Below are positions 20,264 to 29,338 of a stretch of DNA of 64,000 nt, piece after piece. How positions within the stretch are numbered: position 1 is the stretch's first letter; every line of letters begins with the position of its first letter. The notes under the pieces were generated by a model that was given only the letters and a program-made list of their open reading frames with translations, did not search any database and had not been told where the DNA came from. The stretch is taken from NCBI GenBank assembly GCA_021797775.1, contig JAJZZC010000005.1, positions 5,719 through 69,718 of the forward strand, given 5' to 3'. The translations under genes and the position numbers were made by a program. The stretch is from Bacillota bacterium. GTDB taxonomy: Bacteria > Bacillota > Sulfobacillia > RBS10-35 > JAJYVN01.

Positions 20264-21284
20264 CCCGTGCCTTCGTGCGGCCCTGGCGTACTTGCGGCGC
20301 GGCTGGTCCGTTGTCCCCTGCGGGTCGGCCAAGCGCCCCCTGCTGCCCTGGGCGCCCTACCAGGCCCACCGCGCCACGGAGGCCGAGGTCCGCCAATGGT
20401 GGACCCGCTGGCCGCAGGCGGCGGTTGCGATAGTCACAGGTGTCGTGTCCGGCATCGTGGTCGTGGACCTGGACCGTGGCCATGCGGACGGCGCGGACGG
20501 GCTGGCGTCCATCCGCGCTGCGGGACTCGACCTGCCGGCGACCCGCTGCGTGCGGACACCGAGCGGCGGCACCCATGCCTACTATCTGCATCCCGGGCGG
20601 ACGGTGCCGAACGCGGCGCGGCTGCGCGGTCTGGCCGGCGTAGACATGCGCGGAGACGGCGGCTACGCGCTGGCGCCACCCTCGCGGACGGCGGATGGCG
20701 GCTACGCGGCGGTGCCGGAGACCCGCGACCTGCCGATAGCGCCCCTGCCGGCGTGGGTCCTGGAGGGCCGCGACCATGGTGGTGCCCCTGCCCGGACGGC
20801 CGACGAGTGGGCGCCCGTGTGGACTGACCCCTGCCCCGAGGGCCGGCGCAACGCCACCTGCGCCCGCCTGGCTGGCCACCTGGCCGCCCACGGCATCGGC
20901 CAGATGGAGGCCGAGGCGCTGCTGCTGCGGTGGGCGGCCGACCGCTGCGACCCGCCGATGGCCCCGGCCGAGGTGTCACGCACCGTGGCGAGCATTTACC
21001 GCGCCCACGGGCGGCACGTGGAGCCCCTGCCCGACCCGGCGCCCATGCCCGAGGCCGAGCAGGTGTGGGACGCCATGGAGCCCCGCCTGCGGGCGCGTCT
21101 GGCGAGCCGCGATGGCCGCGTGCGGGCCGGCGGCCTGGCGGACGCGCTGCGGACGGGAATGGCGCCCGAGGTGGCCCATGCCATTGCCCTTGACCTGTCA
21201 GACGGCGATGCGGAGGAAGCGGGCCGCGCCCTGCGCTGGGCGATGCGCGCGGCCAGGGAGGAGCGTGGGCGCCATGCCGGCTGA
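20244..21284 (+). CDS. Bifunctional DNA primase/polymerase (Prim-Pol) with PriCT-type C-terminal domain
   Basis: LRRGWSVVPC, the IVVVDLD metal motif, TPSGGTHAYY and GDGGYALAPPS. Then RNATCARLAGHLAAHGIGQMEAEALLLRWAADRCDPPM (PriCT-like). GTG start is approximate. Confidence 0.85.
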   Translation: MVTVAGSPCLRAALAYLRRGWSVVPCGSAKRPLLPWAPYQAHRATEAEVRQWWTRWPQAAVAIVTGVVSGIVVVDLDRGHADGADGLASIRAAGLDLPATRCVRTPSGGTHAYYLHPGRTVPNAARLRGLAGVDMRGDGGYALAPPSRTADGGYAAVPETRDLPIAPLPAWVLEGRDHGGAPARTADEWAPVWTDPCPEGRRNATCARLAGHLAAHGIGQMEAEALLLRWAADRCDPPMAPAEVSRTVASIYRAHGRHVEPLPDPAPMPEAEQVWDAMEPRLRARLASRDGRVRAGGLADALRTGMAPEVAHAIALDLSDGDAEEAGRALRWAMRAAREERGRHAG

Positions 21285-22944
21285 CGCTCGCCAAGCCCTG
21301 CGACCCTACCAGGAGGAGGCCCGCGCTGCGGTGGCGTCCCGCATCGCGGCGGGGAGGCGCGCGCTGCTGACCGTGCTCCCCACGGGCACCGGGAAGACCG
21401 TGCTGTTCGCCGCAGAGGTCGTAGATCGCACGCGGGACGGCGGCCGAGCCCTGGTGCTCGCCCACCGCGACGAGTTGATCCGCCAACCCACCGAGGCCCT
21501 GCGGCGCGCGGCCCCCGGGCTGGAAGTCGGCACGGTCAAAGCTGAGCGCAACGAGGTCGGCTGCCGCGTGGTCGTGGCGTCGGTGCCGACCTTGGCCCGC
21601 CCGGAGCGGCTGGACGCCCTGCGGGCCGCCGGCCCCCTGGCCCTGGTCATCACGGACGAAGCCCACCATGCGGTGGCCCCCATGTACGGCCGCATCTATG
21701 CCGCCCTGGCGGCCGGCAAGACCGGCGGCCCGCTGCACCTGGGGTACACCGCGACCCCGCAGCGCGGCGACGGCGCGGGCCTGTCCGACGTGTTCGAGGA
21801 GGTCGCGTTCTCCCGCGACATCCGCCAGATGGTGACGGAAGGGTGGCTGACGGAGCCCCGTGGTCGCATCGTGGCGGCGGGGCTCGCCCTGGACGGCGTG
21901 CGGCGCAACGATTCCGGCGACTACTCGGATACGGGACTGGACGAGGCCATGGGCGCGCCCGCCGTGGAGGCCATCGCCCAAGCCTGGTGGCGGCACGCCC
22001 GGGACCGCGTAACCGTTGCGTTCACCCCATCGGTGCGAACCGCGCAGGCCCTGGCTGATGCCGCGAACCGCGTTGCCGGCGCGCCCGTGGCGGCCGAGGT
22101 GGACGGCGGGACGGACCCGGGCGCGCGCCGCGCGCTGCTGGCCAGCTTCAAGGCCGGCGACGTGCGGCTGCTGGCGAACTGCGGCGTGCTGACCGAGGGA
22201 TTCGACGCGCCGAACATCACCTGCGTTCTGGTGGCCCGTCCCACGCGGTCTGAAGGGCTCTACACGCAGATGGTGGGACGCGGGCTGCGTCTCTGGCCGG
22301 GTAAGACCGATTGCCTAGTGCTGGACGTGACGGGCGAGAGCGCCCACTTTTCGCTCTGCGTTCTGCCCACGCTGTTCGGCCTGCCGGCGCGCGACCTGGC
22401 GGGCCGGTCGGTGTCGGAGGCCATGGAGGAGGCGGCGGCGGAAGCGCGGCGCGGTGGTCTGCACTTGGCGCGCATGGAGGCGGACGTTGGCCTGCTGCAG
22501 AGGCGGTGCCGCTGGGCATGGGTGGAGGTTGAGGCGGGTCGTCTCTACTCGGTGGACCTGGGGCGGGACGCGGCTGGCCTGGCCGTGATGGCCGTTGTCC
22601 GCGCCCTGTACCGTGGCCGCGCAGGACCGTGGACCGCAGAAGTGCGGCGCATCCGCGACGGCAGGACGGAGGCCGCAGAGGTCCTCTGGCAGGGCGAGGG
22701 CGACCGCGCGGCCGAGGACGCCTTCGGCGCGGCGGAGACATGGCTGGCCACGCAACCGGCGGCGGCCCGTCTGGCGAGCGCGGAGCGCGGCTGGCGGTCG
22801 GCGACCGGCGCGGCCCCGGCGACGGCGGCGCAGATCGACGCCCTGCGGAAGTGGCGAATCGTCGCTCCGGACGGCTGCACCAAGGCCCATGCCAGTGACC
22901 TGCTGGCGCGCGCCATCGCGGCGGTGCGGCTGCGGGGTGCGTGA
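21274..22944 (+). CDS. SF2 DEAD/DEAH-box helicase (ResIII-type) with ~170-aa C-terminal extension
   Basis: LRPYQEEA, LPTGTGKT (motif I), VITDEAHH (II), GYTATP (III), QMVGRGLR (VI). ATG 21274 overlaps the primase stop. Confidence 0.85.
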   Translation: MPADARQALRPYQEEARAAVASRIAAGRRALLTVLPTGTGKTVLFAAEVVDRTRDGGRALVLAHRDELIRQPTEALRRAAPGLEVGTVKAERNEVGCRVVVASVPTLARPERLDALRAAGPLALVITDEAHHAVAPMYGRIYAALAAGKTGGPLHLGYTATPQRGDGAGLSDVFEEVAFSRDIRQMVTEGWLTEPRGRIVAAGLALDGVRRNDSGDYSDTGLDEAMGAPAVEAIAQAWWRHARDRVTVAFTPSVRTAQALADAANRVAGAPVAAEVDGGTDPGARRALLASFKAGDVRLLANCGVLTEGFDAPNITCVLVARPTRSEGLYTQMVGRGLRLWPGKTDCLVLDVTGESAHFSLCVLPTLFGLPARDLAGRSVSEAMEEAAAEARRGGLHLARMEADVGLLQRRCRWAWVEVEAGRLYSVDLGRDAAGLAVMAVVRALYRGRAGPWTAEVRRIRDGRTEAAEVLWQGEGDRAAEDAFGAAETWLATQPAAARLASAERGWRSATGAAPATAAQIDALRKWRIVAPDGCTKAHASDLLARAIAAVRLRGA

Positions 22945-23007
22945 CGCCGGCCCATCGCCGGTTGCGCACGGCGCAACCTATTGCGTCCAATACAGGAGGT
23001 GTTGAGG

Positions 23008-23211
23008 ATGGCGAGCACCCAGCCGAGGCCCAGTTTCACCGGAGGGCGTGCCCCGTGCCCCGGCTGCGGCAGGCCCACGGCCCCGTACGTCCGGCTGGCC
23101 GGCGAGTCGCGTTTCCTCTGTCGGTCCTGCGGCCGTGCGTGGCAGAGGTGGGCCACGCCGAGCGGCAAGAAGCCGGCGCGGCGCGGCGGCCGGCGGCGCC
23201 GCAAGGGCTGA
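23008..23211 (+). CDS. Small zinc-ribbon protein with basic tail
   Basis: CPGC...17 aa...CRSC, followed by KKPARRGGRRRRKG. ATG 23008 is preceded by AGGAGG. Confidence 0.5.
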   Translation: MASTQPRPSFTGGRAPCPGCGRPTAPYVRLAGESRFLCRSCGRAWQRWATPSGKKPARRGGRRRRKG

Positions 23212-23627
23212 ATTCCGATGCGAAGGGCCGCCCCAAGGAGGGAACTTGTGTGGACCCCACCCGTTCCATGCCTGCGGCCGTGATCCTGCCCCCGCTGCCC
23301 CCGGTGGCGCTCCCGGCGGACGCCTGCACGGCCCGCCCGTGTGGACGCGCAACACAGTTTGTGGCACAGAAGGGCCGCCGTGCGTGAATAGCGCATCGTC
23401 AAGTGCGGCTGAGGCCGTGGGCGCCATGGTCTGGCGGGGTGTTGACGAAGGCCGCAAACGACGCCGCAAACGTCACAGGGGCACCACAGGAGCCGCGCTG
23501 CGCCGTTTGCGAGAGGCCGGCCCCACGAACCGCGCCCGTGGCCGCTAACACTTAGAGCGGCGCCACAGGGCGGCGTTTGCGAGCACCACAGACCCCCTGC
23601 TGTACGATCGGCGCGGAGGTGGTCCCC

Positions 23628-24269
23628 ATGCCCGTCCGGCGCAAGCGGCGGCGCACCGCAGATGCTGCCTATGCGGAAGAACACCCCACGCTGGCGGCCA
23701 GGCTGACCCCCGAGGAGGCCGAGGCCGTGCGGGCGGCCGGCGGCGCGGCGGCCGTGCTCCGTGCCCACCTGGCCGGCGGGTGCGTGACCCGCGCGCAGGC
23801 CGAGGCCCTGGCGACGAAGGCGGCGGACGCGGCCCGGCTGGCGGCCGAGGAGGAGGCGGTCGGCGAGGCCGACGCCCTCCTGGATAAGGTGATGGCGTGG
23901 GAGTCATGGGGAAAGCAGGCGCGGGTGGCACTCGGCGCGGCGCAGGCGCAGGTTGCTGCGCTGACGCGCGAGGTGGATGCCGCGCGGGCGGCAGGCTACC
24001 AGGCGGGCGCGGCAGACGCGGCGGCGGCGATCAGGGCCGAGGCCGGCCGCAGGCGCGATGCCTTCGCGGAGCAGGCGGCGGCGGCACTGGTGGCGGCCGA
24101 TCCCGCGGCCGTTGACTGGCTGGCGGTGGCGCGGGTGGCACGGGAGCGCGGCGCGGGCGGCGCCCTTCTGGCTGCCCTGCCGGCCGCGCCCCGCGCCAGG
24201 CTGCACGGCGCCCTGCTGGCCGACGCCGGAGCCCAGGCGGGAGGTGGCGGCCGTGGGCGACGCGCTTGA
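23628..24269 (+). CDS. Ala-rich hypothetical island protein (predicted helical)
   Basis: ORF on the island strand with a basic N-terminus (MPVRRKRRRT). No family recognised. Confidence 0.4.
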   Translation: MPVRRKRRRTADAAYAEEHPTLAARLTPEEAEAVRAAGGAAAVLRAHLAGGCVTRAQAEALATKAADAARLAAEEEAVGEADALLDKVMAWESWGKQARVALGAAQAQVAALTREVDAARAAGYQAGAADAAAAIRAEAGRRRDAFAEQAAAALVAADPAAVDWLAVARVARERGAGGALLAALPAAPRARLHGALLADAGAQAGGGGRGRRA

Positions 24270-24609
24270 CCGCGCCATCGCGCGCCACGCGGCCCTGCTG
24301 GCCGACCTGCCTCCCGCCGCGCCCCCGCCCGTCGCTCCCGCGCCCATGCCCGCGACCGACCGAGGCATCGTGGCGGCGGCGCAGGAAGGTCGGCGGCTGG
24401 GCCTGGCCCTGGCGCCGATCATCGCAGAGCGGCGTGCCGAGGAGGCCGCCGACCGCCAGGCGGCTTCTGCCCTGCTGGCTCGTTGGCTGGGCGCGGCGGG
24501 CGCGACCCCTGCCCCGCCGAATCCCCTAGCGGACGCGGCGCATCGGACGGCGGCTGCCGTTGTCCCGCGCTTGGCGCGGAACCTGGTCGGGCGGTTGCTG
24601 CGGCTGTAG
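24253..24609 (+). CDS. Hypothetical island protein
   Basis: GTG 24253 lies 8 nt after GGAGGT and overlaps the previous stop. No family recognised. Confidence 0.35.
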   Translation: MGDALDRAIARHAALLADLPPAAPPPVAPAPMPATDRGIVAAAQEGRRLGLALAPIIAERRAEEAADRQAASALLARWLGAAGATPAPPNPLADAAHRTAAAVVPRLARNLVGRLLRL

Positions 24610-24969
24610 GCATCAGGGCGACTAGTTACCCCGACCACACAACACGACCCCGCAACATGGCAATTCCTGGGAAAATACCCCCTAGACTCTTCCAGGAGTC
24701 TTATGCCTGGCAAAAACACACCTGGCCATTCTGCCACCCGGCCGAACCCCTTGTGCGAGTAGGGCTTGCCGCATCATGGGCCCCCACGATGCGCCGTGTG
24801 GGTGGGGTGTTCGCGCCGGGCCCGGACGGGGCCGGGCGTGCCTTCTTCTCCTACTGCGACAACGCCCTTACCGAGTCAGAGACGAAACACGTCAACCCGG
24901 CTTGACGTGATGCCGTACACACGTTATGCTTCGGTTGTCGCGGCGATGCGGCGCAGGGGGTGCGGGACG

Positions 24970-25659
24970 ATGGCGAAGCGCGGCGGGGCGACGAAGGGCG
25001 CGGCCGGGGGTCGGACGCGGGCGGCTGGGGAGTGCTCCTTCTGCGGGCGGGCCCTGGAGGAGTGCTCCTGCGGCGCGCGGCGGGACGGCACCGGCAAGGC
25101 GTACGACGCGCGCTACCGCCAGGAGGCCCGTGCGGCCGGCGTGGCCCTGGAGGCGGAGCAGGCGGCCACGGTCGCCCACGTCGCCCTGCACTGTGGCCAG
25201 GGGGCGGCCCTGGTGGCGGCGCGTCTCCTGCGGGATGGGCACGCGGAGCGCGACGTGCTCGCCGTCGCGGCGACCATGGCGGCCGGCGCCAGGCCGGCGC
25301 CCGAGCCCCGCCAGGCGCCGCGTGCGGCGGCCCTGCCGACCCGTGCGGCGCGCCGGGATGCGGCCCGGACGCCCTGGACGGCGCGCATCGCGGCCCTGTG
25401 GACCATGGTCGCGGCCCTGGTGCTGTGCGCGGCGGACGATGGCTGGACGATGCTCCTGGGGTACGGCGGCGCGGTGCTCCTCCCCGCCCTGGCGGCCCTG
25501 GCGGTGCGGCGGGATGCGGTGGCGGTTGCGGTGCGGGCGCAGGTGGGCGGTACGGGGCGGCACGGGCGGGTGGCGGCGCGGTCGGTGTACACCGCGCCGG
25601 CCCTGGCCCTGGCCGGGTGGGCGGCGGCGGTTGGGCTGTGGGTTCTCTCGGTGCGGTAG
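24970..25659 (+). CDS. Hypothetical island membrane protein with N-terminal Cys motif
   Basis: CSFCGRALEECSCG near the N-terminus, and two or three C-terminal hydrophobic helices (IAALWTMVAALVLCAA, GGAVLLPALAALAV, ALALAGWAAAVGLWVL). Confidence 0.45.
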   Translation: MAKRGGATKGAAGGRTRAAGECSFCGRALEECSCGARRDGTGKAYDARYRQEARAAGVALEAEQAATVAHVALHCGQGAALVAARLLRDGHAERDVLAVAATMAAGARPAPEPRQAPRAAALPTRAARRDAARTPWTARIAALWTMVAALVLCAADDGWTMLLGYGGAVLLPALAALAVRRDAVAVAVRAQVGGTGRHGRVAARSVYTAPALALAGWAAAVGLWVLSVR

Positions 25660-25692
25660 GCGGGCGCGCGTGGGTCTGATGAACGGCAGGGG

Positions 25693-25962
25693 GTGTGTGG
25701 GATGGCGACGGTGCAGGCGCGGCGGGTGGACCTGTTCGGCGAGGTTGAGCCCCTGACGAAGGCCCAGGCGGAAGCGGAGGCTGTGGCCCACATGACCCGT
25801 TACCGCCAAGCGGTGCAGGAAGCGGTGGCGGCGGGGCGCGGGATCGATGCGGCGCACGGTGAGGCCCTGCCCTGGCTGCAACGGGCGCGGTCGGCCCTTC
25901 GGCGCGAAGGGTGGGCGGAAAGCGCGGTGCGGGCCCTGGTGGCGCGCGAGTGGCACGGGTAG
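25693..25962 (+). CDS. Small hypothetical island protein
   Basis: ORF on the island strand with non-repetitive composition. No family recognised. Confidence 0.4.
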   Translation: MCGMATVQARRVDLFGEVEPLTKAQAEAEAVAHMTRYRQAVQEAVAAGRGIDAAHGEALPWLQRARSALRREGWAESAVRALVAREWHG

Positions 25963-26030
25963 CGCAGGTGCGGCAGGGGGCGGGCGGGCGTCCGCCCCGC
26001 CTTGCCGCTAATGCGGTATAACGTATTAGC

Positions 26031-26471
26031 GTGGGGGTGGTCAGGTTGGCGCGGGCGATGGCGCGGGGTGGGGACGAGAAGGGCCGCGCACGCATGGAGC
26101 TCGTCTTGCCGGCGGCGCTGAAGGCCCGGCTAGCGCGCGAAGCGTTCGAGCGTGGGCGGCCGGCGGCGGGAATCGTTGAGGAAGCGCTGGCGGGGCGGCT
26201 GCCACCGGCCCCGGGCGCGACACCGGAGGAGCGCGCGGCTCTGTGGGTGGCAGCCCTGGCCGGCCACGTGGAGTGCTTCCCACAAGTGGGGCGGTTTGGG
26301 GTGGCGGACGGCGCCGGGCGCGCTGCGGTGGCGGCGGCCGATCCGCAGGCGCGGGCGGCGGCCCTGGCGGCCCTGGCGGCCCTGCGCGCTGCGGTGGATG
26401 GCGCGACGGCCGCCCTGGGCGGTGCGCAGCTTACGGCGGACAGGCCCAAGCGCGGCCGGGCCGCCCCTTGA
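26031..26471 (+). CDS. Ribbon-helix-helix (CopG/Arc-like) protein, tentative
   Basis: MELVLPAALKARLAREAFERGRPAAGIVEEAL fits a beta-strand/helix/helix RHH pattern. The start is uncertain (internal ATGs at about 26058 and 26094). Confidence 0.5.
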   Translation: MGVVRLARAMARGGDEKGRARMELVLPAALKARLAREAFERGRPAAGIVEEALAGRLPPAPGATPEERAALWVAALAGHVECFPQVGRFGVADGAGRAAVAAADPQARAAALAALAALRAAVDGATAALGGAQLTADRPKRGRAAP

Positions 26472-26515
26472 CAAGGGACCGCGTAGGAATTGTCTTGTCA
26501 AGTGCCTTGTCAAGG
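26465..26515. promoter_or_regulatory. Three copies of the palindrome CTTG(A/T)CAAG (operator / arm-site / iteron candidates)
   Basis: CCCTTGACAAGGG (26465-26477), CTTGTCAAG (26494-26502) and CCTTGTCAAGG (26505-26515), overlapping and following the RHH gene stop. Confidence 0.5.
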
Positions 26516-27040
26516 GGGTGTTGAACCAGGCTTGTCCACTAGGGGTTGCGGGGAGCCCTGGCGGCCGTTGACGATGGTCACCATGCCGGCGGCGGGCGGT
26601 TCGGCGGGGAGGTGGTCCTTCCGAGCCCGCCGCAGGGCCGGTTCCACGCCAGGGCCGCCTAGCGCGGCCACAGGCGCACGCTGGCCACGAGGGCGGCTCA
26701 TTGGGCACCTGGCGGCCCTATCGCGTGCCTACGGGCACCCTGCGTGGGGGGGCGATCCTGGCGGGTGGCGAGCGCGGCGCGCGGCAAGGGCCGCCCCCGG
26801 TCGGAGCGGCCCCTGTCGGCGATTCTACACACAATACGCGCGGGGCTACCGGCGCGCGGCGGGCGGCGCTGGCTGACCCGGATATTGAGCCGGCCGACCG
26901 CGCGGACGCCGAGCGCCACCTGCGGGAGGCCGAGCGCCGGGCGGCGGCCCCGGGTTGGGTCGTCGGCACGGACGGCGTGCTGATCCTGCCGGGGGCCGCC
27001 CCGCTGCTGGGGCCCGTCGTGCTGAACGATCCCCCCGGGG

Positions 27041-27232
27041 GTGGCGCCCGTGAGTGAGCCCAGGCCCACGGAGCCCCTGGACCGCACTGAGGCCGCGCTG
27101 CGCCGGGTGCGCGACCAGACCCGTGCCCTGGAGGTGGACCTGGACAAGCTGGCGGCCGTGTGGGTGGGCGGGCTGCAGGGGCTGGTGCGGGAGGCCCGCG
27201 CGGCGCGGCGGGCGATGGAGGAGGGGCGGTAG
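27041..27232 (+). CDS. Small coiled-coil protein immediately upstream of int (possible directionality factor)
   Basis: 63 aa, charged and helical (RALEVDLDKLAAVWVGGLQGLVREARAARRAMEE). Ends 4 nt before the integrase GTG. Confidence 0.4.
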   Translation: MAPVSEPRPTEPLDRTEAALRRVRDQTRALEVDLDKLAAVWVGGLQGLVREARAARRAMEEGR

Positions 27233-27235
27233 CGG

Positions 27236-28408
27236 GTGTACCTGCGCCAGCGTGGCGAGAAGAACGGCAAGCCCGTCTGGTCGCTCCGGTTCGAGAAGCC
27301 GGACCCCGGGACCGGCAAGCGTGCCTACGTCTACGAGACGTTCCACGGCAGCAAGCGCGAGGCCGAACGCCGATGGATCGTGCGGGAAGCGGAGATCAAG
27401 AGGGCTGGCGCCGGCTATGCGGCACCGTCCAAGCAGACGCTCGCGGCCTATCTGCGCGCGTGGCTGCGGGACCAGGAGCCAAACTGGAAGAGAACCACGC
27501 TCGCCAGTTACCGGACGCACGTAGAACTGCACATCATCCCCGCCCTGGGCGCCGTCCCCCTGTCGGGTTTGACCCCGCCGCAGGTGGCCGCGTGGCAGGC
27601 GGACATGCTGCGGAAACCGGGCCGGCGGGGCAACGCCCTCTCGCCGAAGCGCGTCCTGAATGCGTACCGGGCGCTGCACACGGCTATGGAGGAGGCCGTA
27701 CGACTAGAACTCATCCCGTCGAACCCCGTGGGGAAGGTGAGACCCCCACGCCAGGCGCCCGAAGAGGTCGTTGCGCTGGACGCTGACCAGGTGAGCGCCC
27801 TCATGGCTACGGTGGCCGGGCACCGGCTAGAGGCCATGTTCGCCGCGGCGTGGCAGACAGGGTTGCGCATGGGCGAGCTACTTGGGCTGCGATGGGAGGA
27901 CGTGGACCTGGGCGGCGCGACGCTGCGAGTTGCCCAGGGGGTGGCAAGCACAGGCGGCCCAGCATTCGTCCAGGCCCCGAAAAGCAAGCTGTCGGCGCGG
28001 ACCATCGCGCTGCCGGCGGCCGTGACCGCAGCCCTGCAGGCGCGCCGCGAGCGGCAGACAGAGGAGCGGCAGAAGGCGGGCGGGCGGTGGCGCGACCACG
28101 GGTTGGTGTTCCCCACGTCCAGGGGTACGCCCGTCCTGCCGTCCAGCATGGAGCGCACCTGGTACACGGTGCGGGACCGGGCCGGGCTGCCCGCCTATGG
28201 CTTCCATTGCCTCCGTCACACCTACGCGAGTATGGCGCTGTCTGCCGGCGTGCCGCTGGAACTGGTGTCGGAGAACCTGGGGCACGCCGGCCCGGGCTTT
28301 ACCAAGCGCGTCTACGCGAAGTACCTGCTGGACGCGAAGCGGGCGGGCGCGGACATCATGGACGAAGTGGCGCGACGGATGAAGGCCGCGGGCGCGGTCG
28401 ATGAGTGA
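27236..28408 (+). CDS. int: Tyrosine-type site-specific recombinase (phage integrase)
   Basis: N-terminal SAM-like/core-binding region. Catalytic blocks LQTGLRMGELLGLRWEDV, FHCLRHTYASMAL and LGHAGPGFTKRVYAKY (R..HxxR..Y). Lies 128 bp from the right att repeat. Confidence 0.9.
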   Translation: MYLRQRGEKNGKPVWSLRFEKPDPGTGKRAYVYETFHGSKREAERRWIVREAEIKRAGAGYAAPSKQTLAAYLRAWLRDQEPNWKRTTLASYRTHVELHIIPALGAVPLSGLTPPQVAAWQADMLRKPGRRGNALSPKRVLNAYRALHTAMEEAVRLELIPSNPVGKVRPPRQAPEEVVALDADQVSALMATVAGHRLEAMFAAAWQTGLRMGELLGLRWEDVDLGGATLRVAQGVASTGGPAFVQAPKSKLSARTIALPAAVTAALQARRERQTEERQKAGGRWRDHGLVFPTSRGTPVLPSSMERTWYTVRDRAGLPAYGFHCLRHTYASMALSAGVPLELVSENLGHAGPGFTKRVYAKYLLDAKRAGADIMDEVARRMKAAGAVDE

Positions 28409-28535
28409 TGCGGCCACGTTCGTCGGCGGTCGGCACGGATGGCCCGCGAAACCACTCCGGCTACAAACCGGCTACATTTGGGGTCGTCGCGGCCAAGAAG
28501 CCGCGTAACGACGCGCTTTTTTGGCCGCAGTGGTT

Positions 28536-28587
28536 GGGTCTGCAAAACCCTTATGCGGCGGTTCGAATCCGCCCGTCGCCTCCAGAG
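28536..28587. repeat. att-type direct repeat, right copy (partial tRNA-Cys 3' end)
   Basis: Identical 52 bp to 16143-16194. There is no 5' half of a tRNA upstream of it. Confidence 0.9.
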
Positions 28588-28594
28588 GCAGCAG

Positions 28595-28634
28595 GGCCCT
28601 GGTCTACAGCGCGTAGGCCGGGGCCTTTCTTTAT
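28595..28634 (+). terminator. Hairpin plus T-tract after the displaced tRNA-Cys 3' fragment
   Basis: GGCCCTGG-15 nt-CCGGGGCC (one G-U pair), followed by TTTCTTTAT. Confidence 0.45.
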
Positions 28635-29261
28635 CCTGCCTGCCTAGGCCGATGCGGCGGGGCCCTGCGCCGGTGGGAGGAGGGGCGGCGGCCTGCGATG
28701 GGCTGTCCTTCCGAGTCGAGCGGGCGGGGGATCCCGTCTGATCCCGCCGAGGAGCGTCGGGTAGTCGCAGCAACAGGCGAGCGCCGCGCCACCGTGCGGC
28801 GGGCAACCAGGGCCAAGGAGCTCGCCGCCCTGCTCCCGCCACCCCGTCATCTCTCTGGCGGCCTGCGCCGTGCCTCAGCGCGCCCGGTTTCCCTGCCGCG
28901 TATACGCCCGTTGGCTGCATGGGCGCCTCCGGCCTGTCCTCCGCGCGCCGGGCGCCGGCCGGTGCGCGGAGGCTACGGCGGCGCCCCCCCCTTCCCCAGC
29001 GCCGCGCGGCGGTGTGCATCCCTCCCCGTAGCCGCTGGCCAAGGTGGTTTTGGCCCTTGCAGATGGCGGTCCGCTTAGGCGGCAAGAGCCGGCCTTCCCC
29101 GGTGATCCACGGTTGCTGGCCGTCTCCACCCCTTGCTTCCCGGCCGCCCGTCTGGTAGGCTGACGGCGCGGCGTTCTCCTACAGGGCATAGTTTGCGGCA
29201 AGGCGTCGGGGTATCGGGTCGGCCACAAGTTCCGAAGGTGGAAAGGCCCCGCGGGCTGCGC

Positions 29262-29338
29262 GGGCGGTTAGCTCAGTCGGCTAGAGCGCGTGATTGACGT
29301 TCACGAGGTCAGTGGTTCAAGTCCACTACCGCCCACCA
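29262..29338 (+). tRNA. tRNA-Val (anticodon GAC), CCA encoded
   Basis: Acceptor GGGCGGT/ACCGCCC, D arm GCTCAGTCGGCTAGAGC, anticodon loop TTGACGT, T arm CAGTGGTTCAAGTCCACTA. A CCCGCC-GAAA-GGCGGG hairpin follows. Confidence 0.9.

Larger units (their letters stand above)
16143..28587. mobile_element. Integrated ~12.4 kb replicative island (satellite- or integrative-plasmid-like) in tRNA-Cys
   Basis: Perfect 52-bp direct repeats of the tRNA-Cys 3' end. A tyrosine integrase lies next to the right repeat. Also carries Xis-like HTH, XRE repressor, DUF3987-like protein, Prim-Pol/PriCT, SF2 helicase and an iteron array. No capsid, tail, terminase or conjugation genes were recognised. Confidence 0.8.

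Noticed and set aside
20434-21996. 520-aa minus-strand ORF
   Set aside because: Antisense to the Prim-Pol and helicase genes. Low-complexity Arg/Gly/Pro translation.
24851-26449. 532-aa minus-strand ORF inside the island
   Set aside because: Extreme Pro/Arg/Ala composition with no domain-like segments. It lies antisense to several plus-strand island ORFs with RBSs. Treated as a shadow ORF, although coding calls in this block remain uncertain.
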